Numbered from the stretch's first letter, positions 45,907 to 54,809 are shown. The stretch is DNA of 64,000 nucleotides from an uncultured Gammaproteobacteria bacterium (GCA_964396395.1 CAYNFC010000007.1:299-64298), one strand, 5' to 3'. Notes: generated by a model not told the origin, from the letters alone. Numbers and translations are program-made.

Positions 45907-46506
45907 TTAATTACACAACTTCATTAATGACTCAACGTAAATTTGATTTTCTTTTTTCTTTAATCTTTCATAAAGACTTTTTACCGTATCATTGGGTAAA
46001 ATTTTTTCAAAGCAACGGGCAAGAACCGGTCCGAAATCAAATTCTTGACTTAAAAAATGGACAGTTGAACCGGCATAAGTAGCATGATAGTTTAAAAAAT
46101 TTTGGATAGCAAAGTCAGTCAATTTTCTCCGGTTCCAAAGTCCCGAAGAGCCATCCGGATTATGAACGGCTCCGTCCATTGTATCGGGAATAAGTCCAGG
46201 ATGAAGATTAAGAATTTTATTTTTAAATGTATTTATTAAAGACTGAGGAATAATTAATTTCCATCCGGCCAAAACAATTAAATCAACTTGATGGTCCTTA
46301 AATATTTTTTCTAAATCGTTTTTTTTGTTTACAACCATTGTAGTAATATTATTTTTTTTTGCCCTTTGTAAACCATATGCATTCTCAGAACTACTGACAA
46401 CTAAAACAATTTTCGCCCCTAATTTTTTATTTTCAATCGCGTCAATAATAGCCTGGAGATTAGTACCTGTTCCGGCATCGGAAATTAAAATTACTAGTTT
46501 TTTCAT
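45907..46506 (-). CDS. purN: phosphoribosylglycinamide formyltransferase
   Basis: The start is taken at MKKLVILISDAGTGTNLQAIIDA (46506). LAGW and NLHPGLIP are present (the NxHPSLLP equivalent). Confidence 0.85.
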   Translation of the reverse strand: MKKLVILISDAGTGTNLQAIIDAIENKKLGAKIVLVVSSSENAYGLQRAKKNNITTMVVNKKNDLEKIFKDHQVDLIVLAGWKLIIPQSLINTFKNKILNLHPGLIPDTMDGAVHNPDGSSGLWNRRKLTDFAIQNFLNYHATYAGSTVHFLSQEFDFGPVLARCFEKILPNDTVKSLYERLKKKENQIYVESLMKLCN

Positions 46507-46525
46507 ATTTCGACTCCGCTCACTA

Positions 46526-47950
46526 TTAACTAATTGTTTCAAAAACATCTTTTCTAAAACCACCTTCAACCTGCATTGGATATCTACCTGTAAAACAAGA
46601 ATCACAAAGTTTGTTTGATTTGATTCTTGAAGCTTTTCTTAATCCATCCAAACTTAAGTAGGCCAAAGAGTCGGCCCCGATGAATTTTTCAATTTCGTTC
46701 ATCTTCATCCGGGAAGCGATCAATAGTTTTTTATCGGGAGTATCAATACCAAAATAACAAGGATCAGTGACCGGGGGAGAACAAACACGGACATGAACTT
46801 TTTTAACTCCGCAGTTTTTCAACATCTTAATTATTTTTTTAATTGTCGTTCCCCGGACAATTGAGTCATCAACAATAATAATTCTTTTTCCTTTGACAAT
46901 TTCTTTTAAGGGATTAAATTTTATTCTCACACCCATCTCTCGGATATGTTGTTCCGGTTGGATAAAAGTCCGACCGATGTATCTGTTTTTGATAAGAACC
47001 TCACCGTAAGGAATTCCGGAGGCTTTCGAATAACCGATGGCGGCTGATGTCCCCGAGTCGGGAACAGCAACCACTAAATCAGCACAAACAGGAGACTCGT
47101 AAGCCAGCATTTCTCCTGATCTTTGTCTAACCTGATGAACTAACTGTTTACCAAATATACTATCAGGACGAGCTAAGTATACATATTCGAAAAGACAGAA
47201 GCTTTTCTTTACCGATTTTATTTTTCCGGCAATATGTACCCCTGCTTCATTAATAACAAGTACTTCGCCGGGTGCAATCTCTCTGATAAATTTCGCTCCG
47301 ACTGTATCCAAAGCACAGGTTTCGGAACAGACAATATATGAAGAATCATTTAATCGGCCCAAAACCAAAGGCCGGAAACCATATGTATCCCTGAAAGCAA
47401 TTAATTTGTCTTTAGTCAATGCAATCATGCTGAAAGCACCCTGAAATTTTTTAAAAGAAGAAAGGATTTTTTCTTCCCAATTTTGACCTGTTGAATTTTT
47501 TATTATCCAACCCATAATTTCCGTATCACTGGTTGAAGCGAGTTTAATGTTTGAGGGGAGTTGATGGACTAATTTCATTGCATTAATAATATTACCATTA
47601 TGTGCCAAAGCGAAATCTTCGTTTTTAGAATTTATAACCACAGGTTGAACATTGCACAATTTATTGCCTCCGGTTGTTGAATAGCGTGTGTGAGCAATAG
47701 CAGCAAAACCTTTAAGAGAATTTATTTTTTTTTCATCAAAAACAGAAGAAACCAAACCTAATCCTTTAACGCTTTTTAATTTTTTTCCATCGGCAACTGT
47801 AATGCCGGCCCCTTCCTGCCCACGGTGCTGGAGACTGTATAAACCAAAAAAACTAATTCGGGCCACGTCGATTTCTTTGCCATAAATTCCAAAAATTCCG
47901 CATTTGTCTTTGAGAGATTCTTGTTGTTTGAGCTTGTTTATATTAATCAT
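46526..47950 (-). CDS. purF: amidophosphoribosyltransferase
   Basis: The start is taken at ATG 47950 (MININKL...), preceded by AGGTGG 13 nt upstream. The ORF track begins at a TTG (47977). CGIFGIYG (Ntn Cys), HRGQEGAGI and the PRPP loop IIVDDSIVRGTT are present. Confidence 0.9.
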   Translation of the reverse strand: MININKLKQQESLKDKCGIFGIYGKEIDVARISFFGLYSLQHRGQEGAGITVADGKKLKSVKGLGLVSSVFDEKKINSLKGFAAIAHTRYSTTGGNKLCNVQPVVINSKNEDFALAHNGNIINAMKLVHQLPSNIKLASTSDTEIMGWIIKNSTGQNWEEKILSSFKKFQGAFSMIALTKDKLIAFRDTYGFRPLVLGRLNDSSYIVCSETCALDTVGAKFIREIAPGEVLVINEAGVHIAGKIKSVKKSFCLFEYVYLARPDSIFGKQLVHQVRQRSGEMLAYESPVCADLVVAVPDSGTSAAIGYSKASGIPYGEVLIKNRYIGRTFIQPEQHIREMGVRIKFNPLKEIVKGKRIIIVDDSIVRGTTIKKIIKMLKNCGVKKVHVRVCSPPVTDPCYFGIDTPDKKLLIASRMKMNEIEKFIGADSLAYLSLDGLRKASRIKSNKLCDSCFTGRYPMQVEGGFRKDVFETIS

Positions 47951-48058
47951 GTGTGTATTCAATCCACCTTCGTTCAAGTTCGGACATCCACCATGTCTTA
48001 CTTCGAGCCTTTTCAGAACTATTCGTTCACGGCTCGAAAAGCGTCATTTAGTGGATTT

Positions 48059-48105
48059 ACTCTCACTAATCTTTTCCGCCAGCTGGCGGATTAGAAAGTG
48101 AGAGT
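48059..48105 (-). other. long perfect hairpin in the pur leader
   Basis: ACTCTCACTaatcttttCCGCCAGCTGGCGGattagaaAGTGAGAGT, about 47 nt, immediately downstream (minus sense) of the leader terminator. Confidence 0.55.
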
Positions 48106-48130
48106 ACAAAAAAACCCGCTCTGGGCGGGT
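48106..48130 (-). terminator. intrinsic terminator in the pur operon leader
   Basis: Minus-strand ACCCGCCcagaGCGGGT followed by TTTTTTTG. It lies about 35-60 nt downstream of the predicted transcription start. Confidence 0.6.
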
Positions 48131-48172
48131 AGAATTTTTAACTGAGAAAAAAGCATTTCTCATTAGAGAAAA

Positions 48173-48201
48173 ATTATACAAAATCAAAAACTCTTTTGCA
48201 A
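48173..48201 (-). promoter_or_regulatory. sigma-70-type promoter of the pur operon
   Basis: On the minus strand, TTGCAA (48201-48196), a 17-nt spacer, then TATAAT (48178-48173). Confidence 0.65.
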
Positions 48202-48219
48202 GGTGAATTTTAAATAATT

Positions 48220-48247
48220 TATCTATACGACGGTCGTCTCTAAGATA
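48220..48247. repeat. 28-bp palindromic site, copy 8
   Basis: TATCTATACGA-CGGTCG-TCTCTAAGATA, 18 nt upstream of the pur promoter -35. Confidence 0.8.
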
Positions 48248-48277
48248 GATTTTAGATTATTTAAAATTATCAAATTA

Positions 48278-48305
48278 TATCTATACTACGGCCGTGAGAA
48301 AGATA
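48278..48305. repeat. 28-bp palindromic site, copy 9
   Basis: TATCTATACTA-CGGCCG-TGAGAAAGATA, 58 bp start to start from copy 8. Confidence 0.7.
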
Positions 48306-48400
48306 ATATTGATATAAATATTGTAATGGAGTAATTTATATATGTTTTAATCTATTGATAGATTGAAACAAAGATTTTTATTTTTTAATCAATTAATTTT

Positions 48401-49240
48401 ATGAAAAAACAAATTACCACATCCGGGCAATTTATTAAATTACCTGATGGGATAGTGCATTATCAATTATCCGGCCCTAAAAATAAGAGAACTGTTGTAT
48501 TAATTCATGGTTTTTCGGTACCGTATTATAATTGGGACCATACATTTGATTTTTTAGTTGAGTCGGGACTTCGAGTACTAAGATATGATGTTTATGGACG
48601 AGGTTTTTCTGACAAGCCAATAGTTCAGTACACTAAGGATTTTTATTACAATCAACTCTCGAATTTATTATCAGCCTTGAAGATTAATTCTCAAATCGAT
48701 TTAATCGGTTTTTCCATGGGAGGGATCGTCTCTGCGATTTTTGCTAACCGACAACCAAAAATAATAAGACGCATTTGTCTTATTAGCCCGGCCGGCATGC
48801 CAATGGCAGTGCCGATTGCGTTAAATATAATAAAACTACCAAGAGTTGGAGAGATCATAATGAAATTGTTTGGAAATCAGATATTAATTTCAGGAGTGAG
48901 AATGGATCTATCTGAACCAGAAAAATATCCAGAATATTTTGATAATTATTCTTCCCAACTACAATATCCAGGTTTTAAACATTCTTTATTATCAACTTTA
49001 AGAAGTGGAATGTTATTTGATTCAGAGAATGAATATGCAAAACTTGGAAAGAAAAATATAAAAACAATATTAATATGGGGTAAGAAGGATAAGGTAGTTC
49101 CTTATTCACTACATAGTAAATTTATTTTGAATGTTCCAAAAATAAAATTTTATCCAATTAACAAAGCCGGGCATGCATCTCATTATGAATGTCCCAAGAT
49201 AGTAAATCCAATATTATTAAATTTTTTAACATCATATTAA
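48401..49240 (+). CDS. alpha/beta hydrolase
   Basis: 279-aa ORF. HGFS oxyanion region, nucleophile elbow GFSMGG, and C-terminal AGHASH. Confidence 0.85.
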   Translation: MKKQITTSGQFIKLPDGIVHYQLSGPKNKRTVVLIHGFSVPYYNWDHTFDFLVESGLRVLRYDVYGRGFSDKPIVQYTKDFYYNQLSNLLSALKINSQIDLIGFSMGGIVSAIFANRQPKIIRRICLISPAGMPMAVPIALNIIKLPRVGEIIMKLFGNQILISGVRMDLSEPEKYPEYFDNYSSQLQYPGFKHSLLSTLRSGMLFDSENEYAKLGKKNIKTILIWGKKDKVVPYSLHSKFILNVPKIKFYPINKAGHASHYECPKIVNPILLNFLTSY

Positions 49241-49282
49241 TCAAAAGAATTAATCGTAGTTTTACTTCTGGACAATATTCTT

Positions 49283-49313
49283 GTCATCCCCGTGAAGACG
49301 GGGATCCAGTCTA
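49283..49313. repeat. GC-rich REP-like hairpin element
   Basis: GTCATCCCCGTgaagACGGGGATCcagtcta. Inverted relative to the neighbouring copy at 49336. Confidence 0.8.
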
Positions 49314-49335
49314 TCAATTCAATTATGGTAATTTT

Positions 49336-49365
49336 AGTCTGGATTCCCGCCTACGCGGGAATGAC
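49336..49365. repeat. GC-rich REP-like hairpin element
   Basis: agtctggATTCCCGCctacGCGGGAATgac. Together with 49283 it forms a composite inverted repeat between convergent genes. Confidence 0.8.
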
Positions 49366-49416
49366 GGCTTTCGATATCTATTAACTCTTCTTGCAGGATA
49401 GTTTGTTTAATCAATG

Positions 49417-50289
49417 TCAATAATACATCTCCTGCCAGTGTGGGTCGGTTTCGATGGTTAAATCAAGAAATACTTTTTTATTAATTGCTAAAGCAATTTC
49501 TTTGCGGGCAAAACTGCCAATTTCTTTAATTTTTCTTCCCTCCTTACCAATCAACATTCCTTTATAACGGTCGTTAGTGGTTAATATTCTGGCTTTGATA
49601 TAGGTAGTTCCATTTTTTCTCTCCCTTACTTGATCAACGATAACAGTTGTTGTGTATGGAATTTCTTCACCCGTCATTAAAAATATTTTTTCCCGAATTA
49701 ATTCGCTCAAGAATATCTTACTATCAAGATTAATAATAGGGTAAGCTAAATCAGGAGGAATTTTTTCAGAATCAATGTTTTCTTCAGGAAGATATTCGAA
49801 GATTTTATCAAGAAGAGGTTTAATATGCATATTATTAATGGCCGAGATTTGGAAAACATCCTTAAATTCTTCCTCTAAAAATTTATATTGTGGTAAAAAT
49901 GATTTTCCCGGATCATCAATTTTATTAATAACCAATATTTTTGGTTTATTAATTTTTCTAACCAGTCCCAAAACTTTGCTTTCTTCAAAATCCCTTTTTC
50001 TCGTTTGATCAACCATATAAATAACTACATCAACCTGTTCATTTAAAATTTGTAAAGTTTTCTCATTAATTCGCTTCGAAAGAAAATCTTTTGCTTTTCC
50101 AACAATTCCCGGAGTATCGACAAAAATAATTTTTCCCCGTTTTTCCTCGTAAAGAGCCCGGATAGAAAATCTGGTTGTCTGTGGTTTTGGAGAAGTGATG
50201 GCTACTTTTTGCCCAATTACATTATTGACAAAAGTCGATTTACCAACATTGGCTCTTCCGACCAATAAAACCTTGCCAATTTTTATCAT
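49417..50289 (-). CDS. era: GTPase Era
   Basis: 290-aa ORF. G1 GRANVGKST, G3 DTPG, G4 NKID, and a C-terminal KH domain (GKEGRKIKEIG). Confidence 0.9.
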   Translation of the reverse strand: MIKIGKVLLVGRANVGKSTFVNNVIGQKVAITSPKPQTTRFSIRALYEEKRGKIIFVDTPGIVGKAKDFLSKRINEKTLQILNEQVDVVIYMVDQTRKRDFEESKVLGLVRKINKPKILVINKIDDPGKSFLPQYKFLEEEFKDVFQISAINNMHIKPLLDKIFEYLPEENIDSEKIPPDLAYPIINLDSKIFLSELIREKIFLMTGEEIPYTTTVIVDQVRERKNGTTYIKARILTTNDRYKGMLIGKEGRKIKEIGSFARKEIALAINKKVFLDLTIETDPHWQEMYY

Positions 50290-50293
50290 GTTG

Positions 50294-51106
50294 TTATTTT
50301 ACCTCATTATCCCAACTCAAACCACCGAGGATTGAGTTATTTAACTGAGACCATTTGAAAAGAGAAAAACTTGAATGACCTTGGATTTTTAGGAATTTAA
50401 CTTTTGGAAGATTTGGAATTCCGGCTTTTTCCCAAATTTGTGCTACTAAACTGCCACAGTAAATACCTTTGACGGTTCTTTTAAGCTTTTTTGTTAAAAG
50501 AGCCAATTTTATTTTTGATTTTAGCGGATCAAAATTTACTGCATAAAATTTTTTGATTAGCGGAACCATAAAAAAAGAATAGACGACCGATTGGTTATCA
50601 ATCGTCCCGGAATCGCTAATTTCTTTAGCAATCTGACCGGCTTTTTTAATCATTTCTTTATCTGTAACCGGCGGCGGGCCAAAAAAAATTTTTTTATAAT
50701 CACCTTTTTTATAAAGCTCAACGTATTCTATCGCCGTGATAATTCTTAACCCTGATTTATCAAACTTGTCACCAGTCAATGGTCCAATACCCAGTCCCAT
50801 TGGAGGTGGAGAAGCATTAAGTAAAAAAGCATCAAATAAATTTAATGAAGCCTCATCCTGATGCGGGACAATCGCAATATGATCAACATAATCTTTTTCT
50901 CTGACAAAATATATTGCCCAACCGGGTTCAACCTTTATTTTTTTAGCTTTTTCTTTCAATTCGTTCCATGTAGGAAAATGAATTATAGGAAGGTTACTGA
51001 AAGAAACTTTTTGGAGTTTATTTAAAAATGCTTCGATTTTACCGTGTATTGAAGCGATACTCATAACTAATAATAATACAGTAAACATACTAAATTTGTG
51101 GTACAA
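50294..51106 (-). CDS. secreted hypothetical protein, possible permuted papain-fold (YiiX-like) hydrolase
   Basis: 270-aa ORF with a signal peptide. DHIAIV and IYCGSLVAQIWEKAGI weakly recall the His and Cys segments of permuted NlpC/P60-like amidases. Confidence 0.35.
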   Translation of the reverse strand: MYHKFSMFTVLLLVMSIASIHGKIEAFLNKLQKVSFSNLPIIHFPTWNELKEKAKKIKVEPGWAIYFVREKDYVDHIAIVPHQDEASLNLFDAFLLNASPPPMGLGIGPLTGDKFDKSGLRIITAIEYVELYKKGDYKKIFFGPPPVTDKEMIKKAGQIAKEISDSGTIDNQSVVYSFFMVPLIKKFYAVNFDPLKSKIKLALLTKKLKRTVKGIYCGSLVAQIWEKAGIPNLPKVKFLKIQGHSSFSLFKWSQLNNSILGGLSWDNEVK

Positions 51107-51152
51107 TATAGTTCATTAATCCACCGATTTTTGATGGTGGTTTTTTTATACT

Positions 51153-52991
51153 ATGGAAATTCGAAACGTTGTTATTATTGCCCATGTTGATCATGGTAAA
51201 ACCACTTTAGTGGATGCCATCCTTAAACAAACCCATACTTTCCGTGATAATCAAAAAGAAATGAGCGAAACCTTGATTATGGATTCAAACGATTTGGAAC
51301 GGGAAAAAGGGATCACGATTTTAGCAAAAAATACAGCTGTTTTTTATAAAGATACAAAAATAAATATTATTGATACTCCGGGTCATGCTGATTTTGGCGG
51401 TGAAGTGGAACGGGTCATTAATATGGCCTCAGGAGCCATTTTATTAGTTGATGCCGCTGAAGGCCCTCTTCCTCAAACAAAATTTGTTTTAAAGAAAGCC
51501 ATCCAAGCCAAGTTAAAAATAATTTTAATTATTAATAAAATTGATAAAAAAGACGCCCGACCGAAAGAAATTTTGAACCAAGTAGAAGATCTTTTTTTAG
51601 AATTGATTCCCGACGAATCTTTTCTTCATTTTACAACTCTTTATGCAGTTGGCCGGGACGGTAAAGCTTTTTACGAACTGCCGGAAAAATATTCCTTGGA
51701 TCTTAAAGGCAATTTAATTCCTTTATTTGAAACGGTGGTTAAAGAAATAAAAAATAGCGCTGTAAAAGAAGATAAGCCTTTTCAGATGTTAATCTCGACT
51801 TTAGACTATGATAACTACGTTGGCAGACTTTGTATTGGAGAAGTTTCCCAGGGAGTATTAAAAAAAGATCAACCGATTATCCTGGTTCAGGATAATAAAA
51901 TAATCGGTCAATACCGGGCCCAGAAACTTTATACTTTTGAAGGTCTGCAGAAAAAAGAAGTTGGTTTGGTAACAAGCGGCGATATTATTGCCATTGCCGG
52001 AATTCCTCAATTGAATATTGGTCAGACAATCTGTGATCCATTAAATCCGGTTAGTCTTCCGTCAATTAAAGTGGAAGATCCAACCATTAAAATTACCATC
52101 GGTCCAAATACCAGTCCATTTTCCGGAAGAGAGGGGAAATATTGCACGTCCCGTCAAATCAAAGAAAGATTGGAAAAAGAAAAACAAACAAATTTAGGGT
52201 TAAAAATTAAACCGGACTCCGAAGGTGTTAATTATTTAGTTTATGGACGGGGAGAATTACATTTGGCCATTTTAATTGAAACAATGCGCCGGGAAGGATT
52301 TGAACTTCAAGTTTCCAAACCGCAGGTAATTTACAAAAAAATTGATGGAAAAATTCACGAACCATTTGAAGAGGTAACCATTGATGTGGATAAAGACTAT
52401 ATGGGTTTGGTAACGGAGGAGTTTGGGAAACGGAAAGGAGAAATGGTTAATGTGATTACGACCGGAAATACAACCAGACTGATTTATAAAATTTCCGATC
52501 AAAATTTACTTGGAGCAAGAAGCTCTTTGATGACAAAGACCAGAGGGACCGCAATTTTGAGTTCTTATTTTTTAGGTTATTTATCAAGGGGAATTAAAAT
52601 GGAGTCAACAAGAAATGGTGCTTTAATAGCTGTTAAACCAGGAGAGGCAGTCACCTATGGATTGGTTAAAAGTCAAAATAGGGGAATACTTTTTATTGGG
52701 ACAGGGACCCAGGTTTATGAAGGAATGGTGGTTGGTATTTCCAGCCGGGAAATGGATATTGAGGTTAATGTCTGTAAAGAAAAACAACTGACAAACAACC
52801 GGTCGGCCGGTGAAGGTGTTTCCGTTCCTTTAATACCGGCCGTTCCTTTATCTTTAGAACAGGCTTTGGATTTTATTAACGATGATGAAATGCTGGAAAT
52901 AACTCCATTAAACATCAGAATTAGAAAAACGCATCTTTCTTTAACTAAAAGAAGAGTAGAGGGGCGTCGAAAAGAAAGTTTACCCTGTTAA
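51153..52991 (+). CDS. typA: translational GTPase TypA/BipA
   Basis: 612-aa ORF. IRNVVIIAHVDHGKTTLVD, DTPGHADFGGEVER and NKIDK, with domain order as in BipA. Confidence 0.95.
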   Translation: MEIRNVVIIAHVDHGKTTLVDAILKQTHTFRDNQKEMSETLIMDSNDLEREKGITILAKNTAVFYKDTKINIIDTPGHADFGGEVERVINMASGAILLVDAAEGPLPQTKFVLKKAIQAKLKIILIINKIDKKDARPKEILNQVEDLFLELIPDESFLHFTTLYAVGRDGKAFYELPEKYSLDLKGNLIPLFETVVKEIKNSAVKEDKPFQMLISTLDYDNYVGRLCIGEVSQGVLKKDQPIILVQDNKIIGQYRAQKLYTFEGLQKKEVGLVTSGDIIAIAGIPQLNIGQTICDPLNPVSLPSIKVEDPTIKITIGPNTSPFSGREGKYCTSRQIKERLEKEKQTNLGLKIKPDSEGVNYLVYGRGELHLAILIETMRREGFELQVSKPQVIYKKIDGKIHEPFEEVTIDVDKDYMGLVTEEFGKRKGEMVNVITTGNTTRLIYKISDQNLLGARSSLMTKTRGTAILSSYFLGYLSRGIKMESTRNGALIAVKPGEAVTYGLVKSQNRGILFIGTGTQVYEGMVVGISSREMDIEVNVCKEKQLTNNRSAGEGVSVPLIPAVPLSLEQALDFINDDEMLEITPLNIRIRKTHLSLTKRRVEGRRKESLPC

Positions 52992-53089
52992 ATAGTCGCG
53001 GAGCGAATTTAACAGGGTGAATAAAAAAACACTACCTGCATTATCAAGTTTTTCAACTTTCAAAAAATCAGATAGTGTTTTATATGCTA

Positions 53090-53410
53090 TTAATAGCTTC
53101 TTCTATCGTTTCTGTATCCACCAGTTCTAAAACCACCGGGTCCGCCTGGTCGCCTTTCTTCTCTGGGGCGCGCGACGTTAACGACGATTTTTCTTCCTTC
53201 GATTTCTTTTTCATTCATCTGTTGAGTAGCCGCTGCGGCTGACTCTTCAGTTGCAAAAGTGACGAAACCAAAACCTTTTGATCGTCCAGACATTCGGTCT
53301 GTGATGATGACGGCTTCAGTGACTTCGCCAAACTGTGCAAATAATTCTTTTAAAGAATCATTAGTCAATGTCCAAGGTAAATTACCTACGTACAATTTTT
53401 TGTTATCCAT
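53090..53410 (-). CDS. RRM-type RNA-binding protein
   Basis: 106-aa ORF. RNP-2 LYVGNL and RNP-1 KGFGFVTF, with an Arg/Gly-rich tail. A strong AGGAGGTG SD lies upstream. Confidence 0.9.
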   Translation of the reverse strand: MDNKKLYVGNLPWTLTNDSLKELFAQFGEVTEAVIITDRMSGRSKGFGFVTFATEESAAAATQQMNEKEIEGRKIVVNVARPREERRPGGPGGFRTGGYRNDRRSY

Positions 53411-53557
53411 TTATGTTTTCACCTCCTTTTGATTATATTTGAATGTTATCCAGAAGTTTACAAACTGAATTGTTTTCCAACAGCAGTTTTTCTACCATAC
53501 TGAATTAACTTTAATAATTATATCATAAGAAATGTTTTTTGCCATGTCAAATGGATT

Positions 53558-53824
53558 TTAGCGACGAATATATTTTTCCCAGACCTTTTTGAAATAAGGC
53601 AGAGTGAGGGTTGATAAAAGAAATCCAACAGAAGGAACAATTGCGTTTAGCCAAGGTTTATCAATATTAATTGCTCGTAAATAAAAACTAATAGCTAGGT
53701 ATGTAAATATCATCAACAGAAACTTTCTAGTCCAACTAGTTTCCCAAGCTTTATCAATTTCAACTTTTTTATTACGAATTTTTATCGCCAAAATTTCTTT
53801 TTCTAACTCTACGATTGAGGTCAT
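53558..53824 (-). CDS. small two-TM membrane protein
   Basis: 88-aa ORF with two hydrophobic helices. Confidence 0.45.
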   Translation of the reverse strand: MTSIVELEKEILAIKIRNKKVEIDKAWETSWTRKFLLMIFTYLAISFYLRAINIDKPWLNAIVPSVGFLLSTLTLPYFKKVWEKYIRR

Positions 53825-53836
53825 ATTTTTAAATAA

Positions 53837-54694
53837 TTAAACTTTAAAAATAAACTTTCCATCTTTTGTTGCCACGTATCCTCCCACAGGATTTGAAAAA
53901 TGCGATCCAAGTAAAAGCAAATTTGTATTTGCTAAAAATTGAAGCATTTTTTTTCTCGTTTTAAAGGCTTGGTTAGGATAAATATCAACTGTATTTCCCC
54001 ATTCTGGTTTTTCTACTTGGCAAGGGTGATAAATAAAATCACCTGAGATAAGTGCTTTTTCTCCTTCTGATTCTATAAGAACGCTTACATGCGACGGTGT
54101 ATGGCCTGGGGTTGGTATCAAGCTGATATTTTCATCAAATACAAAAGTATCATCAACTAGTTCTGCTAAACCCGCATTAATAATAGGCTGCACAGAATCT
54201 TCTATTCCAAGTAAATCATCAATCATTTCTTTTTTAGGTTTACTGCTCCAATACTCAAATTCTTTTTTTGAAAATATATACTTTGCATTGGGAAATGTTG
54301 GTATCCATTTCCCATTAACTAAAATAGTATTCCACCCAACATGGTCAAAATGTAGATGAGTGCATACAACATAGTTAATATCTGACAGAGTTATTCCGAT
54401 TTGATTAAGCTTTTCAATAAATTTTATTTTTAAATTTGCCCATTCAGGTAGACTTGGTCGATTTTTATCATTCCCGTTACAAGTATCAACTAAAATATAT
54501 TTACCATTAAACTTAATTAAAAAGCTTTGAACTAATGCTTTTAATATCCCATTTTCATCTGCATAATTTGGAATTAACCATTTCATTTTTTTTACATTCT
54601 CAAGAGTTGCATCGGGCATAATATTTTGGATAATTTTTCCCGCTTCAAGTTCAATGATTTGAAAAATCTCAACATTCCCAACTGACCATTTCAT
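53837..54694 (-). CDS. MBL-fold metallo-hydrolase
   Basis: The start is taken at MKWSVGNVE (54694). The ORF track extension to 54832 runs through palindrome copy 10. THLHFDHVGW (HxHxDH) and a downstream GHTPSH are present. Confidence 0.8.
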   Translation of the reverse strand: MKWSVGNVEIFQIIELEAGKIIQNIMPDATLENVKKMKWLIPNYADENGILKALVQSFLIKFNGKYILVDTCNGNDKNRPSLPEWANLKIKFIEKLNQIGITLSDINYVVCTHLHFDHVGWNTILVNGKWIPTFPNAKYIFSKKEFEYWSSKPKKEMIDDLLGIEDSVQPIINAGLAELVDDTFVFDENISLIPTPGHTPSHVSVLIESEGEKALISGDFIYHPCQVEKPEWGNTVDIYPNQAFKTRKKMLQFLANTNLLLLGSHFSNPVGGYVATKDGKFIFKV

Positions 54695-54727
54695 ATAAAT
54701 ATTATACAAAATAATATTTAAATTTTT

Positions 54728-54755
54728 TATCTTATCGACGGCCGTCCACAAGATA
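54728..54755. repeat. 28-bp palindromic site, copy 10
   Basis: TATCTTATCGA-CGGCCG-TCCACAAGATA. It differs from copy 11 at only 2 of 28 positions. Confidence 0.85.
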
Positions 54756-54809
54756 ACTATTGCCAAAGAAATACTTCCATTTTTACCATGATTATTGATA
54801 AAATATAGT

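Noticed and set aside
47951-48170. A known purine, ZTP or PRPP riboswitch in the purF leader.
   Set aside because: I could not find the conserved cores of these classes as I remember them (for example the guanine-aptamer three-way junction loops or the ZTP pseudoknot CCGCCUGGGC context). The CCGCCAGCTGGCGG here is just the tip of a perfect hairpin. A covariance-model scan is needed to settle it.
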